Positions 50,900 through 60,263 of a DNA stretch of 64,000 nucleotides are shown here, one piece after another (position 1 is the first letter of the stretch; each line of letters begins with the position of its first letter). The DNA is taken from positions 422,579 through 486,578 of the forward strand of contig CAVYXJ010000007.1 of the NCBI GenBank assembly GCA_963772455.1, written 5' to 3'. The position numbers and the translations under genes were made by a program. The notes under the pieces are model-generated. The model made no database searches and was not told where the DNA came from. It worked only from the letters and a program-made list of their open reading frames with translations. This DNA comes from Candidatus Bathyarchaeota archaeon. GTDB lineage: Archaea; Thermoproteota; Bathyarchaeia; Bathyarchaeales; Bathycorpusculaceae.

Positions 50900-52237
50900 T
50901 TGCCTATCTTACCAATCGATACTGGTCGTTATGGAACGCCAGAAATGCTCAAAATCTTCGATGAAGAAACTAGACTTCAAAAACTGCTCGATGTTGAAGC
51001 AGCAGTGGCTTTAGCGCATGCTGAAGTTGGAAACATCTCTAGAAAGGATGCTGAAAAAATCGTTGCCATGGCTTCCACCAAATATGTCAAGATTGAGCGG
51101 GTGAAGGCGATCGAGAAGGAAATTAAGCATGACATTGCCTCATTGGTGCGTGCACTCTCGGAGCTTTGTGGACCAAGCGGGGCGTACGTTCACCTTGGGG
51201 TTACGAGCTATGACATCGTTGACACTGCTAACGCATTGCAGTTGAAAGATGCGTTAGGAACCATCGAAAAAAGGCTCGTCGAATTTAAAATTATTTTACA
51301 GAAACAAGCTCTCTTGTATAAGGATACTGCGATGATTGGTAGAACTCATGGACAGCACGCGTTACCCATTACTTTGGGCTTCAAGTTTGCGGTCTGGGGA
51401 TACGAAGTTAACAGGCATTTAGGGCGTTTGGAAGAATGCAAAAGACGAGTTTTAGTGGGCAAAGTAAGTGGTGCCGTCGGCACCCAAGCTGGATTGGGTG
51501 AGCATGCTGAGCAGATTCAGGAGCTTGTTATGAAACACTTAGATCTTCAAGCTGCTGAAATTTCCACGCAAATCGTACAAAGGGATCGCTACGCCGAACT
51601 TATTTGCATCTATGCGTCAGTTGCTTCATCATTGGAGAATTTTGCATCTGAAATTCGTGAACTGCAACGCCCCGAAATTGCTGAATTGTTTGAGTCGTTT
51701 GAATCAAAAAAACAGGTGGGCAGCTCAACGATGCCACATAAACAGAACCCTGAAACATGCGAACGTGTATGCGGTTTAGCGCGAATTGTCCGAAGTCTAT
51801 GCGTTCCAGCCTTAGAGGACATGGTTACCTGGCACGAACGCGATTTAACGCAGTCTTCAGCTGAACGGTTCATTCTTCCAGAATCGAATATTCTGCTGGA
51901 TTATATACTCAATTTAATGTGCAACATCGTTGCCAATTTACGTGTTGATCACGAACGTATGCTAACCAATCTTTCTCTGACTCAAGGACGTGCTATGTCT
52001 GAATCTGTAATGATGGCTCTCGCAAATAAGGGTGTAAATAGGCAGGACGCTCATGAAATGCTCAGGAAACTGACAATTCAAAGCGCCCTCGATAATGTGA
52101 ACTTCAAGCAAGTGCTTATAGAAGACAAATTTGTCAGTAGTAAACTGACAGAGAAAGAACTCGACCAAGCCTTAAACCCCAAAAACTATTTGGGAACAGC
52201 AGTTAAACAAGCTGAACGGTTCTCAAAAGAAGCTTAG
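50900..52237 (+). CDS. purB: Adenylosuccinate lyase
   Basis: HLGVTSYD, GRTHGQHA, GSSTMPHKQNP. Confidence 0.95.
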   Translation: MPILPIDTGRYGTPEMLKIFDEETRLQKLLDVEAAVALAHAEVGNISRKDAEKIVAMASTKYVKIERVKAIEKEIKHDIASLVRALSELCGPSGAYVHLGVTSYDIVDTANALQLKDALGTIEKRLVEFKIILQKQALLYKDTAMIGRTHGQHALPITLGFKFAVWGYEVNRHLGRLEECKRRVLVGKVSGAVGTQAGLGEHAEQIQELVMKHLDLQAAEISTQIVQRDRYAELICIYASVASSLENFASEIRELQRPEIAELFESFESKKQVGSSTMPHKQNPETCERVCGLARIVRSLCVPALEDMVTWHERDLTQSSAERFILPESNILLDYILNLMCNIVANLRVDHERMLTNLSLTQGRAMSESVMMALANKGVNRQDAHEMLRKLTIQSALDNVNFKQVLIEDKFVSSKLTEKELDQALNPKNYLGTAVKQAERFSKEA

Positions 52238-54519
52238 AACTCAAGCAAGCCTTTCTGAGAAACTTCATCAGCCTTTTCAATGTTTTCCCATGTTTCTTTT
52301 TTAATAAAACCGCCGACTTGCTCCTTGATTTTCTTTGCCAATCTTGGACCTACAGATGGCAAGTTGGTTAGTTCTTCTATTGAGGCGTGTTTGAGATCTG
52401 GAATTGTTTGGTATCCTGCATTGAATATTATGCGTCCGCGGACTCTACCAACACCTTCCAAAGCTACGATGGGCAGGAGTTCTCTTTTAATACCTTTAGA
52501 AACACGTTCAACGAGTTCATGACTTAATTCAGAAACCTCCTTGTTTTTTGCAACCAAAGGCGTTAACTCGTCTGTTGCATGCAAAAGCCACTTGGCAGTT
52601 TCAATGGTTCGGTATAGGTCTCCTGGTTGAACATTAAAGCGTTCAATAATTTTTTCTTCAGGCAACTCTTCAATCCAATTGTTCATAACCATAGCAGTTT
52701 TGACTTCGCCCAGAAATTCGGCATAACCAATGTGGTCGCGCCATTGATCGGGGGGAGTTGTGAATAGTTCTTGCTGGTGGGCTTCAGTTTGGATTGATAA
52801 TTGCTCCATTTCTCGTTGGTAGGGTCGCATTATTGGACCCATATCGGGTGTGTGAGAAACTAAATGAAGTAAACTGAACTCAGTTAAGATAGGGGGTTTG
52901 TTCTGCAGCGCATCCCTTATGATTACACCTGATAATGGGTCAATATAGAGTTCGCTTATGCGTTTGCCGAATTTTGTGGCAAGAATGTGATCACCTGCAA
53001 CAAGAATCATTTCTTCGTCGTGGAGAAATCGCAAAATTTTGTTTATGACGCTTTTAATAGCTTTCACGTCGAATTGGTAGGCGTAGAAGGTTTTGCCAAA
53101 AAACTCGTAAATACCTTGTTCGGTATCGGCGAAGCCTGATGCTATCGTTGAGAGTACGTGAGTGCGAATGATTTTCTCCACTGCGAGACGTGACCAGATC
53201 TTTTCTGTTTTTGCTAACACATAGTTTTCCATGAGGAAGTCGGCTTCATCAGCTGTTTTTGCTATAAGAACAGATTCGCCGAATTTGTCGTATTTTGGTC
53301 TGCCGGCTCTTCCAGCCATCTGCTTGTAATCCAAGACGCTTATCGGGTAGTTACCTAGTCCAGCTTCAAAACGTCGATAATCTTGGATTATAACGGTTCT
53401 TGCTGGCAGATTGACTCCCCATGCCAGCGTTGGCGTCGCAGTTAAAACTTTGATTTTTCGTTCTTTAAATGAGTCTTCGATTATTTTGCGATGAGCCCCG
53501 GACAACCCCGCATGATGATAAGCTGTGGCGCAGCGAACCAACTCAGCGAGTTCTTCGCTCATTCCTGTGCGTTCGCCTGCATCAAGTATTTTTTTGGCTT
53601 CTTCATCAAGAACCTTTCTTGTTTTTTCCTCTAAAGAGCGTTTAACCAGTTTTGAGCCAGATTTAGGAGAAAGTGCCTTTTCCATGTGGCTTGCAACTGT
53701 TTTAGCCGCTGAAACCGCGTTGCGCCGTGTAGAAGCAAAAATTAGGGCTTGCCCCCCATTTCTCAGTGTGTCTAAAACCATGTTTATGACAGTAAAATGG
53801 GTTTCTTGCTCTACTTTCCTTGAAGAGCCATCTTTGTATTGCACTTCAGTCTGGAGCATAACTCCTTCTTTTAGGTTGATCGGACGCCATTCGGTGATGA
53901 TGTATTTGGCGTTGAGCCAGCCTGCGATTTCTTCCACATTGTTGATAGTAGCACTTAAGGCTAAAATCTGAATAGTCGAGTTAACTTGCATCAACCTAGC
54001 CAACACAATTTCCAATGTGGGTCCACGTCCACCATCGTTTAACAGGTGAATCTCGTCGGCTATTACCAATGATATGCTGTCCATCCACTTGGCTCGGTGC
54101 CTAAGCAGTGAATCTGCTTTCTCGTTTGTAGTGATGATGATATCATAACGTTCAAGCCAATTGTCGGCTGTATCAAAATCGCCTGTACTGATGCCGACTG
54201 AGACTTTTTGTCCATTCACCTTTTTAATAGAGGTGTACTTTGTGAACTCCTCGAACTTTTCACTTGCTAGGGCTCTAAGCGGTGAGAGATAGATGACCTT
54301 TCCTCCCTTTTCTAACACGTGTTTGAGCGCGCAGAGTTCCGCAATTAACGTTTTTCCTGAAGCCGTCGGGCTGGCGAGAACAATGTTCTTGCCTTCCAGC
54401 ACTCCTGCCAGTATACAGTCTTCCTGGGGAGGAAATAACTCGGATATCCTAAAACTAAGAAGAACTTCTTTAACGGATTCGGGCACGGACAACTCTGAAA
54501 TATTCAAGGTAATCGCCAT
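52234..54519 (-). CDS. hel308: Ski2-like DNA helicase Hel308/Hjm
   Basis: PTASGKT, DEIH, LSAT, HHAGL, QMAGRAGR, C-terminal HhH. Confidence 0.93.
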   Translation of the reverse strand: MAITLNISELSVPESVKEVLLSFRISELFPPQEDCILAGVLEGKNIVLASPTASGKTLIAELCALKHVLEKGGKVIYLSPLRALASEKFEEFTKYTSIKKVNGQKVSVGISTGDFDTADNWLERYDIIITTNEKADSLLRHRAKWMDSISLVIADEIHLLNDGGRGPTLEIVLARLMQVNSTIQILALSATINNVEEIAGWLNAKYIITEWRPINLKEGVMLQTEVQYKDGSSRKVEQETHFTVINMVLDTLRNGGQALIFASTRRNAVSAAKTVASHMEKALSPKSGSKLVKRSLEEKTRKVLDEEAKKILDAGERTGMSEELAELVRCATAYHHAGLSGAHRKIIEDSFKERKIKVLTATPTLAWGVNLPARTVIIQDYRRFEAGLGNYPISVLDYKQMAGRAGRPKYDKFGESVLIAKTADEADFLMENYVLAKTEKIWSRLAVEKIIRTHVLSTIASGFADTEQGIYEFFGKTFYAYQFDVKAIKSVINKILRFLHDEEMILVAGDHILATKFGKRISELYIDPLSGVIIRDALQNKPPILTEFSLLHLVSHTPDMGPIMRPYQREMEQLSIQTEAHQQELFTTPPDQWRDHIGYAEFLGEVKTAMVMNNWIEELPEEKIIERFNVQPGDLYRTIETAKWLLHATDELTPLVAKNKEVSELSHELVERVSKGIKRELLPIVALEGVGRVRGRIIFNAGYQTIPDLKHASIEELTNLPSVGPRLAKKIKEQVGGFIKKETWENIEKADEVSQKGLLEF

Positions 54520-54725
54520 AAACTTTTGATGTGAATAGAATGGGTTTGGCTGGGTTATTAGAGTTTTTTCGTAACTTGACAGCTTCTTAACGAGTATTCC
54601 TGTTCCATTGATAAAAACAAGTTAACAATTCTTTTGCATGCAAGTGTGGTTAGGTTTTTTTACTTGAATTAATACTATCAAGATAGAACGAGTTATCTGT
54701 CCCAATATATCAGGTAGAATACTGT

Positions 54726-55949
54726 ATGGTTGAAAACGTAAAGGAACTTCTCAAACTACATCAGGGTATAACACATGAAGTATACTTAGACAACGAAAAC
54801 TCGAGCATAGTCTCAAAAGAAGTAGTAGATTCTATGCTACCCTACTTCAACAAAACCGCCTACGGCAACCCCACGCTCACACACAAACCCGGATGGGAAG
54901 CCTTCGAAGTAATAATGAATAGTTTCAAGAAAATCAGCAATTACATAGGCGCAAAAAACCTTGAAGAAATCACCTTCACTCCAAGCGAAACCGAAGCCAA
55001 CAACCTAGCCATAATGGGCGCATGTTTTACACAGAAAAGCAAGGGCAAAAAAATCGTTATATCTGAAATCGAACCCATCAATGTTCTACAAGTAGCCGAG
55101 ATGATGCAGAAATACGGTTTTACAACCACTAAAATCCCAGTCAACAATGAAGGTTTCATCAACTTAGAGAAACTCAAGGAAGCAGTCGATAAAGAAACAA
55201 TACTAGTCAGCATCTCAGCAGTGAACAACGAGCTTGGAACAATCCAGCCACTTAAGGAAGCAGTGGATATTGTAAAAGCCAAAAACCCGCAAACTCTCTT
55301 TCACACAGATGCCTCAGACGCATACGGAAGAATACCTCTAAATGTACAAGACCTAAACGTTGACTTAGCCACCTTAAGCAGCTACAAGATTCAGGGTCCA
55401 AGAGGCATGGGCGCAATGTATCTAAAAGAACACATAAACATGGAGCGCATCCTCGAAGGACAAATCGGTACACAAAAACTTTGGCCAGGTGTAGAAAACA
55501 CACCTCTAATCGTGGGCTTTACTAAAGCCTCAGAGCTTGCTTTCCAAAATTTTGAAACAAACACCACAAAAATGCGGACACTTCGCGATAAACTTGTCGA
55601 CGGCATATTTGCAGAACTCCCTGACTTGCGTTTTAACGGTCCAAAAGGAGACAAACGTTCCCCAGACAACGCCAACATAAGCATACTTCGAGCAGAAGGC
55701 GAAGCACTAACAATTGAACTAAGCCTAAGCGGCGTCTACGTTTCAAGCGGAAGCGCATGCAGCAGAAGATTATTGCAACCCAGCCACGTTCTTATCGCCA
55801 TCGGACGCATCTTCGAGGAAGCACACGGCAGCATTCTTATGAAAGTTACCCGCAGCCACACGGAAGAAGATATAGATTACGTTCTGAAAGTTTTACCTAC
55901 AGCCGTCAACCGTATAAGAGGGATAGTTGGCTCAACAGGAGTGCATTAA
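54726..55949 (+). CDS. IscS/NifS-like protein with degenerate PLP and substrate motifs
   Basis: YLDN, GNP, TEANN, NNELGTIQP, SSYK, SSGSACS; several catalytic motifs altered. Confidence 0.85.
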   Translation: MVENVKELLKLHQGITHEVYLDNENSSIVSKEVVDSMLPYFNKTAYGNPTLTHKPGWEAFEVIMNSFKKISNYIGAKNLEEITFTPSETEANNLAIMGACFTQKSKGKKIVISEIEPINVLQVAEMMQKYGFTTTKIPVNNEGFINLEKLKEAVDKETILVSISAVNNELGTIQPLKEAVDIVKAKNPQTLFHTDASDAYGRIPLNVQDLNVDLATLSSYKIQGPRGMGAMYLKEHINMERILEGQIGTQKLWPGVENTPLIVGFTKASELAFQNFETNTTKMRTLRDKLVDGIFAELPDLRFNGPKGDKRSPDNANISILRAEGEALTIELSLSGVYVSSGSACSRRLLQPSHVLIAIGRIFEEAHGSILMKVTRSHTEEDIDYVLKVLPTAVNRIRGIVGSTGVH

Positions 55950-55951
55950 AT

Positions 55952-56464
55952 ATGTCACGTATGCCATTACCATATAACCCAAAAATAATGGATTTATTCC
56001 GTAACCCCAAGAACCTTGGCAAAATGGAAGATGCCACAGTCGTCGCAGTTGCAGGAAACCCTGCATGCGGAGACATGATAACATTCTACCTAAAAATCAG
56101 CGACAAAGACATCATTGAAAAAGCACAGTTTGAAAGTTACGGCTGCGCCGCCAACATCGCTACATCGAGCATAGTCACTGAAATGATAAAGTGCCTAAGT
56201 TTAGAAGCAGCGTGGAAAGACATAACATGGAAACGTGTCGTTGAAGAAATCGGCGGATTACCAGACGTAAAATTCCATTGCGGAGTCCTCGCCGTTGGCG
56301 CCTTGAAAAGAGCAATACGACAATATTTCACACAAAGAAATGTTGAAGCACCTAGCTGGTTGCCTAAAGAACACACTTTCGAGGAAAAACAAGCATTAGA
56401 GGAAGAAGAACTGGCAAAAACACTCTCAAAGAGGCTAAAGCCTGAGGCAGAAAAAAAATCATAG
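55952..56464 (+). CDS. iscU: Fe-S scaffold IscU/NifU-N
   Basis: FRNPKN, GNPACGD, YGCAA, KFHC; start placed at MSRMPLPY. Confidence 0.9.
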   Translation: MSRMPLPYNPKIMDLFRNPKNLGKMEDATVVAVAGNPACGDMITFYLKISDKDIIEKAQFESYGCAANIATSSIVTEMIKCLSLEAAWKDITWKRVVEEIGGLPDVKFHCGVLAVGALKRAIRQYFTQRNVEAPSWLPKEHTFEEKQALEEEELAKTLSKRLKPEAEKKS

Positions 56465-57693
56465 ATCAGCAAGCGATCAGGCAAGACTTCCCAATCTTAA
56501 ATCGGAAAATAAACGGCAACCCTCTAATCTACTTTGACAATGCCGCCACAACCCAGAAACCACGCCAAGTCATCGAAGCAATTACAGATTTTTACGAAAA
56601 CCACAATGGCAACGTTCACCGAGCTGTTCACACGCTTTCTTTAGAAGCAACTGACTTATACGAGAAATCTCGGGAAAGAATCGCTAAATTCATAAACGCC
56701 AAAACCGCTTCTGAAATTGTTTTTGTGAGGGGTACAACTGAAGCCATCAACTTAGTCGCGTATTCTTGGGGACTAAACAACCTTGGAAAAGGCGATGAAG
56801 TACTTGTTTCGTTAATGGAACATCACAGCAACATTGTTCCATGGGAAATCGTAGCTAAACTGAAAGGCTTCACACTCAAATACGCTAACGTTAACCCTGA
56901 CGGCACATTGGATTATGGCGATTTTGAAAGCAAAATTTGCAGCAAAACAAAGATTGCTTGTCTGAGCCATGTCTCAAACGTTACTGGCGTTATCAACGAC
57001 GTTAAACGCATTGGCAAAGTTGCACATGACAACGGCGCTTTGATGCTAGTTGACGGTGCTCAGTCGGTACCGCATATGAAGGTTGATGTTCAGGATTTAG
57101 ATATGGATTTTATGGCTTTTTCAGGTCATAAAATGCTGGGTCCAACAGGCATTGGAGTGTTCTACGGCAAGAAGGAAGTGTTGGAAAAGATGCCTCCTTT
57201 CATGGGTGGGGGCGAAATGATTAAGGAAGTTTCCTTTAGCGAGGGAACGGGGCAATGCAGTATTTCTTGGAATGAGTTACCATGGAAGTTTGAGGCTGGC
57301 ACTCCTGACATTGGTGGTGCAATCGGTTTAGGGGCAGCAGTAAAATACCTTGAAGGCTTAGGAATGGATAATATTTTGAGCCACGAGAAAGCCTTAACGA
57401 AGTACGCTACAAAACGAATGGAAGAATGCGGTAAAGTAACAGTTTATGGTCCAAGCGACCTATCCAAAAAACTTGGAATCATACCATTCGCCGTTAAAGG
57501 TTTGTCTTCGCATGACGTAGCATTATTCTTTGACAATTACGGAATAATGATGCGCAGCGGATTCCATTGTGCACAACCTCTACATGAGCTTTTTAAGCTT
57601 CAATCTTCAGCTCGAGCAAGCTTCTACATTTATAATACACAAGAGGAAATCGACCGCTTCATGGAAGTTCTAAAGGAGTTCGAGCAACTCTAA
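56461..57693 (+). CDS. sufS: SufS-type (group II) cysteine desulfurase; homology extends to an ATA codon at 56461
   Basis: In-frame IDQQAIRQDFPIL...YFDNAATTQKP upstream of the tracked ORF; EHHSN, DGAQS, SGHKMLGP, RSGFHCAQP, RASF. Confidence 0.9.
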   Translation: MDQQAIRQDFPILNRKINGNPLIYFDNAATTQKPRQVIEAITDFYENHNGNVHRAVHTLSLEATDLYEKSRERIAKFINAKTASEIVFVRGTTEAINLVAYSWGLNNLGKGDEVLVSLMEHHSNIVPWEIVAKLKGFTLKYANVNPDGTLDYGDFESKICSKTKIACLSHVSNVTGVINDVKRIGKVAHDNGALMLVDGAQSVPHMKVDVQDLDMDFMAFSGHKMLGPTGIGVFYGKKEVLEKMPPFMGGGEMIKEVSFSEGTGQCSISWNELPWKFEAGTPDIGGAIGLGAAVKYLEGLGMDNILSHEKALTKYATKRMEECGKVTVYGPSDLSKKLGIIPFAVKGLSSHDVALFFDNYGIMMRSGFHCAQPLHELFKLQSSARASFYIYNTQEEIDRFMEVLKEFEQL

Positions 57694-57962
57694 TGGCCAC
57701 AATCGACGACTATGTTTCGCGTATTGAGGGAACATGTGGAGCAGAAAGCGATGTTATCGTAGTTTTAAAGTATGAGAAGAAAGATGAAGCAATCGCAAAC
57801 ATCTTGAAGAAAGCTACGCTCAAGAATACGATTGCAGGAATAATTTTTGAGTTATCTTTCCAAGATATGTCTTTTCGCCTTTATTCAAGCGGTAAAGCAA
57901 TTTTTAGAGGCGTCAAAAACAAACAAGAACTAAATGAGCTTTTAGCTAAACTTTTACTTTAA
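57693..57962 (+). CDS. Small Cys-containing protein coupled to sufS
   Basis: TAATG overlap; EGTCG and RLYSSGKAIFRG motifs. Confidence 0.7.
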   Translation: MATIDDYVSRIEGTCGAESDVIVVLKYEKKDEAIANILKKATLKNTIAGIIFELSFQDMSFRLYSSGKAIFRGVKNKQELNELLAKLLL

Positions 57963-59465
57963 CTTCTTTAAACGAAGTTTAACTCTGACTTTGGTTCTGC
58001 TTACCCAGTTTGAGGTTGGAATAAGCATATTTTTTATGAATTCCGGCAAAGAATCTTTCAATTCCCTATGCATGCCCAAGCGTACTGCTAGTTTGCCCTT
58101 ACCTGAGATTGGTATGTAGTAGCGAGCAATCGGGAACTTTTTGAACCCGTTGTTCTCTTTGAACTTGTCTAAGAGAGGGGTGGTTTCCTATTCTGCCATA
58201 CATTAGCCACCGTTCGCCTTTAGATGCACAGACTTCAACGGCTTTGGCAAGCAATGCGTTGTTTACTGATTTATCCCAATGTACCTGCAGAGCAAGAATG
58301 TTTGAGATTATAGCGATGTTGTCGCCATAAAGTATTTGGATGAAACCTGCAAGTTCCCCCTCTAAGTAGGCACCTATGAAGCTGTTGTTCTTAGCAGAAT
58401 ACATGTTAAGTTTAACTAATTCAAGTGACTCGCCATAATGTGAGAAAGCTCTCTCTTGCCTAATGGGGGTTTCATTATAAATTTTCCATATTCCTTCAGC
58501 CAACTTGTCGCTAGGCTCTACAACGCTGACTTTTAAGCCGTTTTTTTCGGCTCGACGAACCATGTTGCGGGTTTTTTTGCCAATCGCCTGCCACCAGGAG
58601 TCGTAGCTTTTTATTTCCAGCAAACCAACGTTGTCATCTTCACGTATCCAATTGGTGGGTGGATTAGGGATGGGACAGCACCATTTTCGTATCAAGAAAA
58701 GTGTAAATGTCTACATTTCTCTCGTCTAAGTTTCGCAACGAATTCGTTGGAAGGAATAATGTTTTTTTCGTACTCTTGGACATCATGGGCGATCTTAAAA
58801 AAGGACTTCTTTTTTCCGCTTACAGTTTCGAATTCTTTGTCTACTTTCAGAACGGTCTTTAGGACATCATAGACTGGCCCTCTTTGATTCTTTTCTGTCT
58901 TCTCAAAGAGCCATTCAGGATGAAGAGACAATACAACGTCATGATCAATCCATTCTTCAACCCATGTTACAGTTTTATCTAAACCTAACCTGTAGCGTTC
59001 TCTATCTATACTCATGGTCGTAAATTGGTGAAAGGATGTTAATGGAAAATCGCTGGGAATTACTGCTTGAGACTGACTAAGTTTGCGTCCCCAAAGTAAT
59101 CTAGCGAATACCCGTTGGGTGCCATGAATAGTATAATACTTTACGGTGCGGTTTGTTTCCTTCTCCAAAACCTTCCATTCTTCAAAGGGTTTGTTTGCCA
59201 CATGAAGTGCTATTTCATGTCTTTCAGGATTTAGCAAATCAAGCAATTTTTTGTCTGGGATAGTGTATGGCGTAAAAAACCAGTAGCCTCTAACTTCTCT
59301 GGGAGACTCGTTAATCATTCTTGCAATGATGCATGCATTTTTTAGGTAATTTTTTCCTGTTTTGCTTTTGATTCTCAGGGCTACATATAGAAAACTTTTA
59401 GCCCTCGATGGATATGGATAATCAACGTCAATTCTTAGCTTTATCATTGCTTGCTCAATTGCCAA
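57954..59465 (-). CDS. Polysaccharide-deacetylase-like plus FemAB-type GNAT fusion with three +1 frameshifts
   Basis: RIDVD, IALH, IHG, LHPEW then KKTRNMVRRAEK, HPSLDKFKENNGF after removing single bases near 58728, 58691 and 58171 (about 502 aa). Confidence 0.7.
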
Positions 59466-59670
59466 CTAAGTGGATACTATTTTAGTTATAAACCCTCTGC
59501 AACCAGAAATAATTCCAACAAATCAGTAATTATACTAATTTAGTAAAAGCGTATAAGTCTGTCATACAACTCTTTTCAATTACTAACCGTGGTTAGTAGC
59601 ATTTCAAGAGAAATTTGTCTTTCACATCGCGAATAGGGACAACAAAAATGGTAGACAGGCGGGATTTAGC

Positions 59671-60261
59671 ATTAAATTAGATGTGGGTTGTGGCAGCAAA
59701 CCTGGGGGCGATGTTAATGTTGATTGTTTTACTCGCGGTTGGAACAGCCAAGAAGGCGACCAAAAGCAAGGAGAGTTTATGAATCCTCGTTTGATTCCTA
59801 ACTTTGTTGTTGCTCATGCTGAATTCTTGCCGTTTAAAGATGAATGTTTTGATCTTGCTTTTAGCAGCCACACAATTGAGCACGTTAAGAACCCCTTAAA
59901 GATGATTCAGGAGCTTTTGCGGGTTAGTAAGCGTGAAGTTACGGTGAGGTGCCCTCATAGGAAAGGCTCGGGTGCAAAAAGACCTTTCCACATAAATTAT
60001 CTTGATGAAAAGTGGTTTAATGTTTCATTGACAAGATTAGGTTTTAGACCCAAAACCGTTATCACGAATGCTGAATGTTTGATTACTTCAAGGCTTCTGC
60101 TGCATTCTGCAGTGCACTGCCCCAAACGGTTGCTGCCATATGTTGAAGCGTCTATTCCATACCGCATAGTTAGAAAATGTGAACGAAGCGCAGTTCGGTT
60201 TAGGTTTCCTTTCGAGATTGAAGTTCAAGTAATCAAGCAAACTCGCCAAAAACATATTTAA
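59671..60261 (+). CDS. Class I SAM-dependent methyltransferase (type 11-like); start uncertain
   Basis: IKLDVGCG, LPFKDECFD, SHTIEHV. Confidence 0.75.
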   Translation: MKLDVGCGSKPGGDVNVDCFTRGWNSQEGDQKQGEFMNPRLIPNFVVAHAEFLPFKDECFDLAFSSHTIEHVKNPLKMIQELLRVSKREVTVRCPHRKGSGAKRPFHINYLDEKWFNVSLTRLGFRPKTVITNAECLITSRLLLHSAVHCPKRLLPYVEASIPYRIVRKCERSAVRFRFPFEIEVQVIKQTRQKHI

Positions 60262-60263
60262 CT

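Noticed and set aside
55757-55951. Long N-terminal extension of IscU in the ORF track
   Set aside because: It overlaps the IscS-like gene; ATG 55952 after AGGAG is the plausible start
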